Shown: positions 47,962 through 57,343 of the stretch, piece by piece
Layout of the letters: every line of letters starts with the position of its first letter
Numbering within the stretch: position 1 is the stretch's first letter
Assembly (NCBI GenBank): GCA_964558715.1
Contig: CAZLFD010000003.1
Span: 2,312-66,311, forward strand
Source of the DNA: an uncultured Candidatus Peribacteria bacterium
GTDB taxonomy: Bacteria; Patescibacteriota; Gracilibacteria; CAIRYL01; GCA-016699755
Direction of reading: 5' to 3'
Length of the DNA stretch: 64,000 nt
The notes under the pieces: generated by a model
The model's database searches: none
Seen by the model: only the letters and a program-made list of their open reading frames with translations
Told to the model about the DNA's origin: nothing
Position numbers and translations under genes: made by a program

Positions 47962-49755
47962 TTACTCCCACTCGATCGTACCGGGCGGCTTACTGGTAAG
48001 ATCCAAAAACACGCATGAGATGCTATCTATCTCCATCAACGATTCTGCCATTTCTTTCAGCACATCTGGCGGAAAAATCACGGCTGTGGCTGTCATCGCA
48101 TTTTCACTTTGTATCGGGCGTAGGATGATCGACTCGGTTTCAGGCGTAACGCCAATGGGGAGGAGGATCACTGGAAACTGCCAAACACTTTCGTACAGTC
48201 CGCGGTTTTCGATAATCGTACGAATGCGGGCATCTGCCTCTTGCAACATGGCAATGCGGTCGAGAGTGATTTTAGTAGGAGTTTTTGGATAGATGGTTTC
48301 AAAGTGCTCGGTATGTGAAATCGAAACCAATACCCGATTGATATCAGGGTACGCATTCGGAATCTTGCTAGCAGAGGCAAGTAGGTCATCGACCGGTTTA
48401 TCGGTAAAAATCGCCGCTGGATGCCGATAACTGCGTGCATCGCCTTGTACCCCTACCGAGCGTACCGGGAGGATTTTGGTATGCAGTGCGAATTCGCTTT
48501 TTATGCGCGTAGTAATCTCATCTGCATGCGAAAGTGCATTCGGCTCGCTTTGGCACAAAATACGTACGCCCAGACCCGGCCCCGGAAACGGATGCCGCCC
48601 CACGACTTCTTCGGGCAGCCCCAGTTTACGGCCGATATCGCGAACTTCGTCTTTATAAAAATCTGCAAGCGGTTCGACAATACGCCCTTCGGCGATCATT
48701 TTTTCAATCTCGGGCACGCGGTTGTGATGGGTTTTAATCTTGCTCGCGTGTTCGCTGCCGCCAGTTTCAATATGATCGGGGTAGATCGTGCCCTGGCCGA
48801 GCAACCATTTTTCATCTTCGAGCTCAAGTTTTTCTGCCCATTTGCGTTGCACATCAAGAAATGCATTGCCAATGGCAGCGCGCTTTGCTTCGGGGCCGGT
48901 AATGTCTTGTAGCTTTTCGAGAAAATGCTCGCTCTCGCTGGCGATGTGCAGATTTTTAAAACCAGCATCCGCCATCATCCGACCGACTTCTTTCGCCTCG
49001 TTTTTCCGCAGTAAGCCGCTGTCGACAAAAAGCCCAAAAACCCTGTCGGCACCGATTGCTTCGGTGAGTAAAGCAAAGGCGACCGAAGAGTCGACTCCAC
49101 CGGAAACAAGTAAAAAAACATTCTTGTTTTCGAGTTTTTTATCCAGATCGGCGATGATGTGCTCGGCAGCTTTCGCTACGCTCCACGTACCCGCAGCACC
49201 GCAGATGCTCACGAAATTACCAAGTATTTCCATGCCGTACTCCGAGTGAGTCACCTCGGGGTGAAATTGCACGGAATAGAGTTTTTGCTCTGGATTTTCG
49301 TAAGTGGCAATCGGGCAGATGTCGGTACTGCCGGTCGCCCGAAAGCCTTGGGGCAACTCAGTGACCGAATCGCCGTGATTCATCCACACGGTGGAAATTT
49401 CGGGAATATCAGTGAACAACTCACCGTTTTGATGCGTAAACACGGCCTCGCCATATTCTTTTTGGCGTGATTCAATACTTCCGCCAAAGTGATGCGCCAG
49501 GAGGTGGTGGCCATAGCAGATGCCCATAATTGGGATATCAAGATCGAAGATTTCTAAATCGGGGTGCGGTGCATTCTTTTCAAAAACCGATTGCGGCCCA
49601 CCGGAAAGAATGATGCCATAGGGGTTCAGGGCTTTGATTTCTGCAGCAGATGTTTTGACCGGAAGGATTTCGGAATACGCTGACAAACGCCGTACGCGGT
49701 TTCCGATCAGGTGGGCGAACTGGCTGCCGAAGTCGAGAATGACGATTGGTCTCAT
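47962..49755 (-). CDS. guaA: GMP synthase (glutamine-hydrolysing)
   Basis: GATase domain (ICYGHHLL, FHPEV), ATP-PPase loop LLVSGGVDSSV, C-terminal KPPGTIEWE. At 597 aa it is somewhat longer than typical. Confidence 0.95.
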   Translation of the reverse strand: MRPIVILDFGSQFAHLIGNRVRRLSAYSEILPVKTSAAEIKALNPYGIILSGGPQSVFEKNAPHPDLEIFDLDIPIMGICYGHHLLAHHFGGSIESRQKEYGEAVFTHQNGELFTDIPEISTVWMNHGDSVTELPQGFRATGSTDICPIATYENPEQKLYSVQFHPEVTHSEYGMEILGNFVSICGAAGTWSVAKAAEHIIADLDKKLENKNVFLLVSGGVDSSVAFALLTEAIGADRVFGLFVDSGLLRKNEAKEVGRMMADAGFKNLHIASESEHFLEKLQDITGPEAKRAAIGNAFLDVQRKWAEKLELEDEKWLLGQGTIYPDHIETGGSEHASKIKTHHNRVPEIEKMIAEGRIVEPLADFYKDEVRDIGRKLGLPEEVVGRHPFPGPGLGVRILCQSEPNALSHADEITTRIKSEFALHTKILPVRSVGVQGDARSYRHPAAIFTDKPVDDLLASASKIPNAYPDINRVLVSISHTEHFETIYPKTPTKITLDRIAMLQEADARIRTIIENRGLYESVWQFPVILLPIGVTPETESIILRPIQSENAMTATAVIFPPDVLKEMAESLMEIDSISCVFLDLTSKPPGTIEWE

Positions 49756-49773
49756 AGATATGGTGATTCTGCC

Positions 49774-51357
49774 TTAAGCCCGAAAAAAACGGGAGAGAAA
49801 GTTGCGCACGCGTAAGCCAAGTGTGGGACTGTCAGTACGCGAAAGAGCCACGCCAGCAAGAGTCCAGAATGTTAGCGCAACGACAGAAGATTCCCACGAG
49901 TGGAGAAAGAGACAAGCCGCCGACACGCCGACTAAGCCTAGTAGTGAGGCCTTGCTCTCGGCGGTTCTTCGCCTAAGCAGCTGCAGGGCAACCATAGCAA
50001 GAATCGCCAAAAAGAGAACGAGGCCGATAATTCCGGATTCTAAACCGACTTGCAAATACCAACTCTCCGGCAAAAAACCAGTTTCACCCGGGCGGGCAAA
50101 GCGCGCGCTTGCCGGGCCAGCATCACCGAGGCCAAGGCCGAAGGGATATTGCATGATGTAATACGCACCATCGCTCCAGCGCTCCCAGTGGCCCTGGCTA
50201 CTGCTAGGACGGAGGATGATGTTCCAAAAAAACGCGCCGTAAAACGCACGGATGAATACAAGCGCTCCTAAAAAGAGCGGAAAGACCATGCCCGCAAGCA
50301 GAGGAAAGGCTTGGCGGCGCGAGTTCCATGCCTGCAGCAAAAGCAGTAATGCCAGAAATAGCGCTGAAATCGCTAGTGATACCGGTCTGAGTGCATCCCA
50401 CTTTTCGATGACAAGCGCCGGAAAAAAGAGGCCAAAGATACCGCCGCCAAACAAGGCGAGGTAGCCAATAGCGACAAACGGGCGGGCGGATTGGACGACA
50501 AAAAGCGCAGCCATAGCGGCGATCATACCGATCCATGCTGAGCGCGACCAGGTAAGAAACAGCACCGCTATACCGGCGACAAAAACGGCATAGAGCGAGA
50601 TCCGCAACAAACGCGTGCTGGCTTGGGCAGCAAAAAAAAGAAAAAGCGGGAGAACGACCAGTAGATATGCACCCAATTGATTGGGGCCAGAAAGGGTGGA
50701 TTGGATACGACAAAATTCTTCGTGCGTAATGCGGTTTTCGATCTTGTGGCAGTACGACAAGCCTTGTCCGGCCTCGGTAATGCCGTATTCACTGCTGTAA
50801 CCAAAATTGACAAGGAACTCTTCGGGCAAGATAGTTTTTTGGAGTAACCCAAACGTGATCACTAGCGCAGCCGGACCCATAGCACAGGTAAAGAGTAGTT
50901 TTTTTTGCGCCGCCGTAAACGTGAGTTGACGCACCACCACAAAGGTGATCAGAAATAGGAGGCCGTACTTGGCGCCCCACACCATCTGCACCAGATTCTG
51001 CGGAAAGCCATCCCCAGTAAACAGTACCCCTGTAACTAGCGATACGACTACAAAACCAGCGATGATGTAATCTAATAACCCTTTCTGCAAAGTTGAACGG
51101 CGCTGCCACATAAGCGGGAGCACAAGCGCAAAAAAGCCAACAAGTAATATCTCTTTCCAGGCACTGATCAAAAACAAGAACACCGGTGGCGCATCAGCAA
51201 AAACCGCCATGAGCGCGGTACTGAAAAACGGATGAAACGGGAGTGCCGCCAAAATAACTGCCAGGATGAGAACAGCAATTCGCTGCATAAAAATATCCGT
51301 AAAGATTGTTCGTATCTTCACGATTTTTGCGCCTTTTTGCAATCCATGCATCGTCAT
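49774..51357 (-). CDS. O-antigen ligase / Wzy_C-family polytopic membrane protein
   Basis: At least 10 hydrophobic helices. LTWSRSAWIGMIAAMAALFVV is the characteristic Wzy_C segment. The start may be ATG 51288 (MQRIAVLILAV). Confidence 0.75.
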   Translation of the reverse strand: MTMHGLQKGAKIVKIRTIFTDIFMQRIAVLILAVILAALPFHPFFSTALMAVFADAPPVFLFLISAWKEILLVGFFALVLPLMWQRRSTLQKGLLDYIIAGFVVVSLVTGVLFTGDGFPQNLVQMVWGAKYGLLFLITFVVVRQLTFTAAQKKLLFTCAMGPAALVITFGLLQKTILPEEFLVNFGYSSEYGITEAGQGLSYCHKIENRITHEEFCRIQSTLSGPNQLGAYLLVVLPLFLFFAAQASTRLLRISLYAVFVAGIAVLFLTWSRSAWIGMIAAMAALFVVQSARPFVAIGYLALFGGGIFGLFFPALVIEKWDALRPVSLAISALFLALLLLLQAWNSRRQAFPLLAGMVFPLFLGALVFIRAFYGAFFWNIILRPSSSQGHWERWSDGAYYIMQYPFGLGLGDAGPASARFARPGETGFLPESWYLQVGLESGIIGLVLFLAILAMVALQLLRRRTAESKASLLGLVGVSAACLFLHSWESSVVALTFWTLAGVALSRTDSPTLGLRVRNFLSRFFRA

Positions 51358-51387
51358 TCCGACTTGACCAAAATCGAAGGGGCGATC

Positions 51388-52347
51388 TTATTGCACCACA
51401 CCGCTGGCAAACGTAGAAGTCACAACGTAACTGATTAAGACAACGACGATGCCGATGATCGCCCCAGTAATGACTTTTTTTCCGGATTCGACGCGGTCTT
51501 GATCGCCGAATGAGATGATCCATTGACTACCCCCGTACAAAAAAGCGACAAAGGCGACTACCGCTAAAAATTGTAGAAAGTACTGGATAATGGCGATCGC
51601 CTCACGTACGCCAGTGTCGGCGTCGGGATTATAGGTGACCCTCCAATCGTTTCCGAGCAGGTTTGGATAGATGACTTCACGAATAAGGACATCGTTGACA
51701 AGAATTACTAACAAGCCGACACCGACCCACTGGAACACCGTCTTTTGTTGCGATATTTCTTCAGTTTCACCCAAGGCGACGATCATCTTGTAGCCCGATA
51801 CCATCACATATACCACTGCGACGATGATGAGAATCCCCTTCACCCATTCAAGCAAGGCGAGTATCTCGATAATCGCCCTACCACTCGCTGTCGTCAAATT
51901 ATCAGGGCTCGCCAAAACACCACTCACCACAACAGCACCGCCGCCATAGAGAATATCGAAGATCACCGTATCGACCACAAGCATGCCCACTAATCCGATG
52001 AGTGACCAGGCGACTCCCATTTTACCGGTGCTCACCTTGTCTTCTTCGCCATTACTCGTAACCAAGAGTAAAGAGCTCCATGCCAACCATGCAATGGCGA
52101 TGGCTGCGACCAAAAACTTGATTATATCGACCACACTCAAAATAGCATTGGCGAGCATCCGTTGCCCGGGATTATTGATCACCTCGCCCACATCTGTTCC
52201 AGACTGGTCTTCGCATGCCAAGCCCGCAGCATTACAAGAAAAGGGGATTCCTTGATTTTGGCTGGCAAACGCGGTATCCATCACCACCGGAGTAAGTGAG
52301 AGAATCAAGCCGCAAACCGCCAGCAAGATGACAAAAATTGAACGCAT
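51388..52347 (-). CDS. Secreted/membrane protein made of three tandem pilin-like (two-helix hairpin, VirB2/TrbC or T4SS-pilin-like) modules
   Basis: Signal peptide MRSIFVILLAVCGLILSLTPVVMDTAFA. Three units carry the loop signature ...LVTSNGEEDKVSTGKMGVAWSLIG..., ...IVALGETEEISQQKTVFQWVGVG... and ...IISFGDQDRVESGKKVITGAIIG.... The family call is from memory and is not HMM-verified. Confidence 0.6.
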   Translation of the reverse strand: MRSIFVILLAVCGLILSLTPVVMDTAFASQNQGIPFSCNAAGLACEDQSGTDVGEVINNPGQRMLANAILSVVDIIKFLVAAIAIAWLAWSSLLLVTSNGEEDKVSTGKMGVAWSLIGLVGMLVVDTVIFDILYGGGAVVVSGVLASPDNLTTASGRAIIEILALLEWVKGILIIVAVVYVMVSGYKMIVALGETEEISQQKTVFQWVGVGLLVILVNDVLIREVIYPNLLGNDWRVTYNPDADTGVREAIAIIQYFLQFLAVVAFVAFLYGGSQWIISFGDQDRVESGKKVITGAIIGIVVVLISYVVTSTFASGVVQ

Positions 52348-53267
52348 CAGCCTGGATTAAAGACAGCTACAAGTGCAAAGGCCGAAAGAATGATTACGAT
52401 GCCTAAGAGCGACCCGCCGATGATTTCTTTTGCCTTGCGGTGGCGATCTTCATCGCCGAACGAAGTCACAAAATACCCTCCTGCGACAATAAATGATGCC
52501 ATCGCAAGGACACCCAAAAAGGTAAGGATAAAGCGGAGCAAGCCGACCATCTGCTGAGCAAAGCTTTCAATCTCTCCCTCGCCCGGGGCGCCACTGTCCG
52601 GGTAAAACACGGTGCGCACCAGCGGTTCGGCGAACATGGCGATCAGCAGACCAGAAAAGCCCCATTGAAAAATCTTTTTCGCGCTCGAAATAGTTTCTTC
52701 TTCGCCATTAGCGGTAATAAATTTGTAGCCGGCATAAAACACCGTCGCGATGGCAATCGGTGTCAGGGCGACTTGGATAAACGCCGTAATGCGAGCAAAA
52801 ATCTGCTCAGCGCCAGCTTGGTTGATGATATCTGCGTTCGCGTTGGTGGGGGCAAAAGCATTGCCGATATCTACTGCCAGCGAAATAACGACGAATCCGG
52901 CTATTCCCCAGCCCAGATTCTTGCGCTGCTCACTGATCATCTCTTCTCTTCCGGCACTACCGACCAGCGTGAGCAGATACACTACCCAGATCAAGAGCGC
53001 CACAAAAGCGAAGATATACTTGAACTGCGGCAAGACAAAATTGTAAAACAGATTGCGAATCGCCTCTACTGAGCTGCCGCCAGTCGGCTGTATCATCACG
53101 TCAACCGGGTCAAAGACATCTGTCCAATCTCCTAAAACACCGCCACCCGCCTCGTTTCCTGGCACGGGGGCTTCAGGAACCTGCTGCGCTAAAGCTGTCT
53201 GGGGTTCTGCCCAGAGCAGTATTGCCACAAGGCCGACAACCAGTAAAACGAAGAATTTGGTTTTCAT
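52347..53267 (-). CDS. Paralogous tri-modular pilin-like membrane protein
   Basis: Signal peptide MKTKFFVLLVVGLVAILLWAEPQTALA (ATG 53267; the track ORF extends to 53336). The units are ...LVGSAGREEMISEQRKNLGWGIAG..., ...FITANGEEETISSAKKIFQWGFSG... and ...VTSFGDEDRHRKAKEIIGGSLLG.... TGATG overlap with the next gene. Confidence 0.6.
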   Translation of the reverse strand: MKTKFFVLLVVGLVAILLWAEPQTALAQQVPEAPVPGNEAGGGVLGDWTDVFDPVDVMIQPTGGSSVEAIRNLFYNFVLPQFKYIFAFVALLIWVVYLLTLVGSAGREEMISEQRKNLGWGIAGFVVISLAVDIGNAFAPTNANADIINQAGAEQIFARITAFIQVALTPIAIATVFYAGYKFITANGEEETISSAKKIFQWGFSGLLIAMFAEPLVRTVFYPDSGAPGEGEIESFAQQMVGLLRFILTFLGVLAMASFIVAGGYFVTSFGDEDRHRKAKEIIGGSLLGIVIILSAFALVAVFNPG

Positions 53268-53344
53268 ATCGCTATAGTCTACAATTTTTGCGTGTTTTGC
53301 GCAACTGTTTGCCATTTTTATTGATATTCTCCACAATCTGAATC

Positions 53345-54202
53345 ATGTTTACTGCTGTCGCCGTTCACGCCCGGGAAACCCTTAAAGACCCAGTCGCTTT
53401 TCAAAGCTTGTTGGCAGAATTGTCGCAGTGCAGCAGCATTGTCGCGCTTACACCCGAAGCCCAAAAACATGTGACTGAAAAATATGCTCGCGTCGATTTT
53501 CATGCCGATTACGATTTCTTTGTCATTTTCGGTGGCGACGGGAGCGTGCTCAACGTGCTCCATCGTCTCGAAAACCTTGATACGCCACTCTTGCCGATTT
53601 CGGCAGGCACTCTGGGGTTTTTGGCAGAGATTCCGCCAGCCGATTTTTCTGCTTGCTGCCATCGGCTGACGACCAAAGAATACACCATCGACGAGCGCGC
53701 CCTGTTCGATGTGGTTCATATCGACGACAAGGGAAAACAAAAAGCCTTTCGCGCTCTTAATGAAGCCGTTGTTTCGCAACGTGCCGTGGCGCGCATGGTG
53801 GCGCTCAAAACCCTAGTGAATAATGAATATCTGACGACCTACCGCGCCGATGGCGTGATGGTCGCGACCCCGACCGGTAGTACCGCCTATTCACTCGCGG
53901 CAGGCGGACCGATTGTCTATCCGCGTTTCGATGCGCTGATTCTGACACCAGTATCACCACATTCGTTTACCCACCGCTCGCTGCTTTTGCCAGGCGACAA
54001 AAAAGTGACCATCATGCCCGATGATAGTAACCGCGAACCGGTAATGCTGACGATTGACGGGCAGATCACCGTACCAATCGAACAGGGTGAAAAAGTGGAG
54101 ATTAGCATTGCCAAAGAAAAACTTAAATTCTTGCGCATGCCCGAGGAGCACTTCTTAAAAACACTCAAAAGGAAATTGCACTGGGGAAAGAATGCGGTGT
54201 AG
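53345..54202 (+). CDS. nadK: NAD kinase
   Basis: DFFVIFGGDGSVL, NEAVV, YRADGVMVATPTGSTAYSLAAGGPIV. Confidence 0.92.
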   Translation: MFTAVAVHARETLKDPVAFQSLLAELSQCSSIVALTPEAQKHVTEKYARVDFHADYDFFVIFGGDGSVLNVLHRLENLDTPLLPISAGTLGFLAEIPPADFSACCHRLTTKEYTIDERALFDVVHIDDKGKQKAFRALNEAVVSQRAVARMVALKTLVNNEYLTTYRADGVMVATPTGSTAYSLAAGGPIVYPRFDALILTPVSPHSFTHRSLLLPGDKKVTIMPDDSNREPVMLTIDGQITVPIEQGEKVEISIAKEKLKFLRMPEEHFLKTLKRKLHWGKNAV

Positions 54203-54290
54203 GTAGCAATTAGCAATCTGCAATCAGGATATAGTGGTAAATCTGTGTGTCTGCCTAGAGGAAGAACTCAGCATCTTTGCTTGTGATTTC

Positions 54291-54402
54291 CTTTTCCCCT
54301 TGAGAGGAGGAGTGAGAGGGGGTAGATGACTATCTCTGGACTACTCTCATATTTCGCCAGTTTTCTACCCCTACCGCCCTCTTGAAGCAAGAGGCGGGAG
54401 GT
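54291..54402 (+). repeat. Two copies (D, E) of the dispersed element between the convergent nadK and miaA genes
   Basis: CTTTTCCCCTtgagaggaggagtgagAGGGGGTAG (54291-54325) and CCGCCCTCTTGaagCAAGAGGCGGGAGG (54375-54402, abutting the miaA stop). Confidence 0.65.
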
Positions 54403-55358
54403 CAAGCATCGAGCGTCACCCACACCATCGCCTCGTCTTTACGCCACCAGGTGCGCTGGCGCTTGGCGTAGCGGCGCGTATTGCGTGTCATCAACTCTTT
54501 CGCTTTGTGTTCAGAGGTATCGCCACGAATGGCCTCTATCGCCTCGCGGTAGCCATGCGCGATCAGTGCCGGTGTGTCCACATCGTATCCGGCTGCAAGA
54601 AGTGCACGGACTTCATCCAAAAAACCAGCTTGCCAGATCACTTCTGTGCGCTCGGTTATGCGCTTTTCAAGCAGGGCAGATTCGACATGGATGCCGATCT
54701 TAAAAACTTCCCATTCGCAGGCTGCTTTTTGTTTGAGCGCGGACGGTGGTTTACCAGTGTATTCGAAAATCTCGAGTGTACGGATCAGGCGCACGCGGTC
54801 GTGTGCAGTCGCCATTGCGGCGGATTCTGGGTCGACCGTTTTCAATCTTTTATGCAAATCATTGGTCGAAACTTCCTTCAGCGAGTTCCGGAATTCTGGC
54901 TGCGGCGGCACGCGCGGAATACTGAGGTTTTTACAGATGGCGTCGAGAAACAAGCCCGAGCCGCCAACGAGAAAAGGAACATGCCTACGCGCAAGGATTT
55001 CACGGATATTGGATTCGGCAAGCACCTTAAATTCCGCCACCGTAAACTCGGCATCTGGCTGGAGAAAATCGAGTAAGTGATGCGATACGCCATCCATTTC
55101 TGCGGGAGTGATCTTCGCCGTTCCCAGATCCATCCCTGTGTAAAACTGGCGCGAATCACCATTGATGACTTCGCCATTAAACCGCTGTGCCAAACGGATC
55201 GACAGCGCCGTCTTGCCGCTGGCGGTTGGCCCAGTAATCACAATAAGTGGTTTTTTTGCGTTCATTAAAAACTTCTCTAGCCGCTGCACCAGTTCACCTT
55301 CAGCAATACACACAGGCGGCGGAGCAGGTTTTTGCGACATCCCAAAAAAATACACCAT
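54402..55358 (-). CDS. miaA: tRNA dimethylallyltransferase
   Basis: LIVITGPTASGKTALSIRLAQRFNGEVINGDSRQFYTGMDLGTAK, HHLLDF, VGGSGLF. Confidence 0.93.
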   Translation of the reverse strand: MVYFFGMSQKPAPPPVCIAEGELVQRLEKFLMNAKKPLIVITGPTASGKTALSIRLAQRFNGEVINGDSRQFYTGMDLGTAKITPAEMDGVSHHLLDFLQPDAEFTVAEFKVLAESNIREILARRHVPFLVGGSGLFLDAICKNLSIPRVPPQPEFRNSLKEVSTNDLHKRLKTVDPESAAMATAHDRVRLIRTLEIFEYTGKPPSALKQKAACEWEVFKIGIHVESALLEKRITERTEVIWQAGFLDEVRALLAAGYDVDTPALIAHGYREAIEAIRGDTSEHKAKELMTRNTRRYAKRQRTWWRKDEAMVWVTLDA

Positions 55359-55393
55359 TATTGTGTCATACTCTCTTGCTGTCTGTCATGGCA

Positions 55394-55957
55394 TCAGGCG
55401 AGGGTTTCGCGAATAGATTTTCCTTGCGTGATTTCGATCCACAGTTGATGAACATATTCTGCAGAACGATGTGCCAGATCAGCCAATAAGTCGCGCAGCC
55501 TGCGCAGCAGATCGATTGCATGCGAAAGTTCGTAGGCATTGTTTGCGGGGGCTTTTTGCAGCTGTTTCACCTCGCTCTTAACGCTGTCGATCTCGTGACG
55601 GATGGCGGATTTTACTTCGCGCAGCATCACGGCGTCACTCGGCGTCGCGTCATCTTGCAGCTGGGCGCGTACGGCTTGCTCTTCTTCATCGTCTTGTTGT
55701 GCGGTGGCCTGCTGCGTCATTGGCGCTGAGTCGCCCGCTTGCTCGCGAACGACTTCGGCTGATTCACGGATATCAGTATTCATCGGCACATGGTCGACCG
55801 CCTCACCGCGTGCCTGTGCCTCGAACGCCAACTGGGCAGCCTCGATACGCGAATCTGCAATAACACGCGCATCGTGCTTATTGATGTTTGATTGTTCTGC
55901 CGAATCGTGTTGTTCGTCTTCGTGGTTCATGTGCGGCTTAAGATTGCGTGACCTCAC
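55394..55957 (-). CDS. Hypothetical acidic, helical protein (187 aa)
   Basis: ORF only. The middle is Q/E/D/A-rich and the C-terminal part is predicted helical. No motif recognised. Confidence 0.45.
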   Translation of the reverse strand: MRSRNLKPHMNHEDEQHDSAEQSNINKHDARVIADSRIEAAQLAFEAQARGEAVDHVPMNTDIRESAEVVREQAGDSAPMTQQATAQQDDEEEQAVRAQLQDDATPSDAVMLREVKSAIRHEIDSVKSEVKQLQKAPANNAYELSHAIDLLRRLRDLLADLAHRSAEYVHQLWIEITQGKSIRETLA

Positions 55958-56085
55958 AATAAATTTGCGAGATACGATTGTTAATAAAGTCTACCATAGT
56001 TGTCAAGCATTTTCCATGTCACGTCAACCTTTTTTCTGGGCACAGAATCTGCCATGATACAGATGACTTTCCTTTTATCGCTGCT

Positions 56086-57027
56086 ATGCCTAAAAAAATG
56101 CTCGATCCGTTTCTGCGCATCGACCCGTTTTTGCGTGATGTCGGAGTGACCAACGGCCTCAGACGGGTGATTTTTTCTGTTGCCCATGCGGGCAAATACG
56201 TGGCCCACGCTATTCGTAACAACAGTCTCGGTCTAGCGGATTCGAGCAATGCTTCCGGTGAAAACCAACTCGCGCTCGACGTGCTGAGTGATGATATCTT
56301 CTGCCAACATTTGCACAGCAGCGGTGTGGTAGCGCGCTTTGCCAGCGAAGAACAGCAAGATTCCGTACAACTGACCACGAATTCCGACGAGCTCTTCTCG
56401 GTGGCTTTTGACCCCCTCGATGGCAGCTCACTGGTAGATGCCGACTTCGCCATCGGTACGATCTTTACCGTATTTCGCGGAACAGACTTTTTGGGCAAGA
56501 CCGGGAAAGATATTGTCGCCTCTGGCTACATCATCTACGGCCCGCGCACGGTGATGATGGTCGCCACCAAACACGGCTTGTGGGAGTTTACCGAAAACCC
56601 CATCGGCGAGTTTGTGCTCTCGCGCGATGACATCTGCCTCGCGCCCGATGCACTCTATTTTGCCCCCGGCAATCTGCGCGCCACCATGGAGCGCAAAGAA
56701 TACGAAGAACTCTTTTTGCACTGGGCACGCAAAGGCACGACACTGCGCTACAGCGGTGGCATGGTGCCCGATATCCACATGATGCTCGCCAAAGGTTCGG
56801 GCGTGTTCTCGTATCCTAGCTACAGCAAATTCCCAAACGGAAAATTGCGGCTGCTCTTTGAGTGCGCCCCGTTCGCCTTTCTTATTGAGGCGGCGGGCGG
56901 CGCAGCCAAGTGCGAACATGGCAGGGATATTCTTAATATACCGATCGAAGAATTGCATCAACGCACGTCGATCATCGTCGGCTCAAAGAATGATGTCGAT
57001 ATCGCCGTGGAGTATTTGAATAAGTAG
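56086..57027 (+). CDS. fbp: Fructose-1,6-bisphosphatase class 1
   Basis: LALDVLSD, FASEEQ, FDPLDGSS, GYIIYGPRT, LRYSGGMVPD, GKLRLLFECAPFAFLIEAAGG. ATG 56086 is preferred over the track start. Confidence 0.9.
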   Translation: MPKKMLDPFLRIDPFLRDVGVTNGLRRVIFSVAHAGKYVAHAIRNNSLGLADSSNASGENQLALDVLSDDIFCQHLHSSGVVARFASEEQQDSVQLTTNSDELFSVAFDPLDGSSLVDADFAIGTIFTVFRGTDFLGKTGKDIVASGYIIYGPRTVMMVATKHGLWEFTENPIGEFVLSRDDICLAPDALYFAPGNLRATMERKEYEELFLHWARKGTTLRYSGGMVPDIHMMLAKGSGVFSYPSYSKFPNGKLRLLFECAPFAFLIEAAGGAAKCEHGRDILNIPIEELHQRTSIIVGSKNDVDIAVEYLNK

Positions 57028-57032
57028 TTGAG

Positions 57033-57074
57033 CTTCCTTCCCTTGGACTAAGAGGATGATCGAGGCGGGGTTAC
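57033..57074 (+). repeat. Degenerate copy (F) of the dispersed element downstream of fbp
   Basis: CTTCCTTCCCTTGGACTAAGAGGATGATCGAGGCGGGGTTAC aligns with copy D (CCCTTGAG..AGGAGGAGTGAGAGGGGGTAG). Confidence 0.45.
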
Positions 57075-57099
57075 GAAAAAAAACAGACACACCAAAAAT

Positions 57100-57174
57100 T
57101 GGTTGCGGGGGTGGGAATCGAACCCACGACCTACGGGTTATGAGCCCGTCGAGCTACCACTGCTCCACCCCGCG
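57100..57174 (-). tRNA. Initiator tRNA-Met (anticodon CAT), CCA encoded
   Basis: The reverse complement reads CGCGGGG-TG-GAGCAGTGGTAGCTC-G-ACGGG-CTCATAA-CCCGT-AGGTC-GTGGG-TTCGATT-CCCAC-CCCCGCA-ACCA. The C1:A72 mismatch and three G:C pairs closing the anticodon stem are initiator hallmarks. Confidence 0.93.
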
Positions 57175-57343
57175 ACACCGATATTCTCACACCAAACTGA
57201 TGGCGTACAAGCATTATTGCGAAATCGGCGCCAGATGTCTAGTGCTTTCTTCGGTTCTACGCGCCAAACAGCCGGCAAAGCGGTGTGTAGCGCGCGCCAA
57301 GTGTATTCTCCACCCTGATCGGATTATGGCATGCTCGGCAGTA

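Noticed and set aside
57100-57174. Initiator tRNA-Met as the integration site for the right-hand accessory region
   Set aside because: The tRNA is on the minus strand, so its 3-prime end (the usual att site) faces left toward fbp, away from the R-M/umuDC cluster. In addition, a conserved-looking DUF937 gene lies between the tRNA and the cluster, and no tRNA-fragment repeat was seen.
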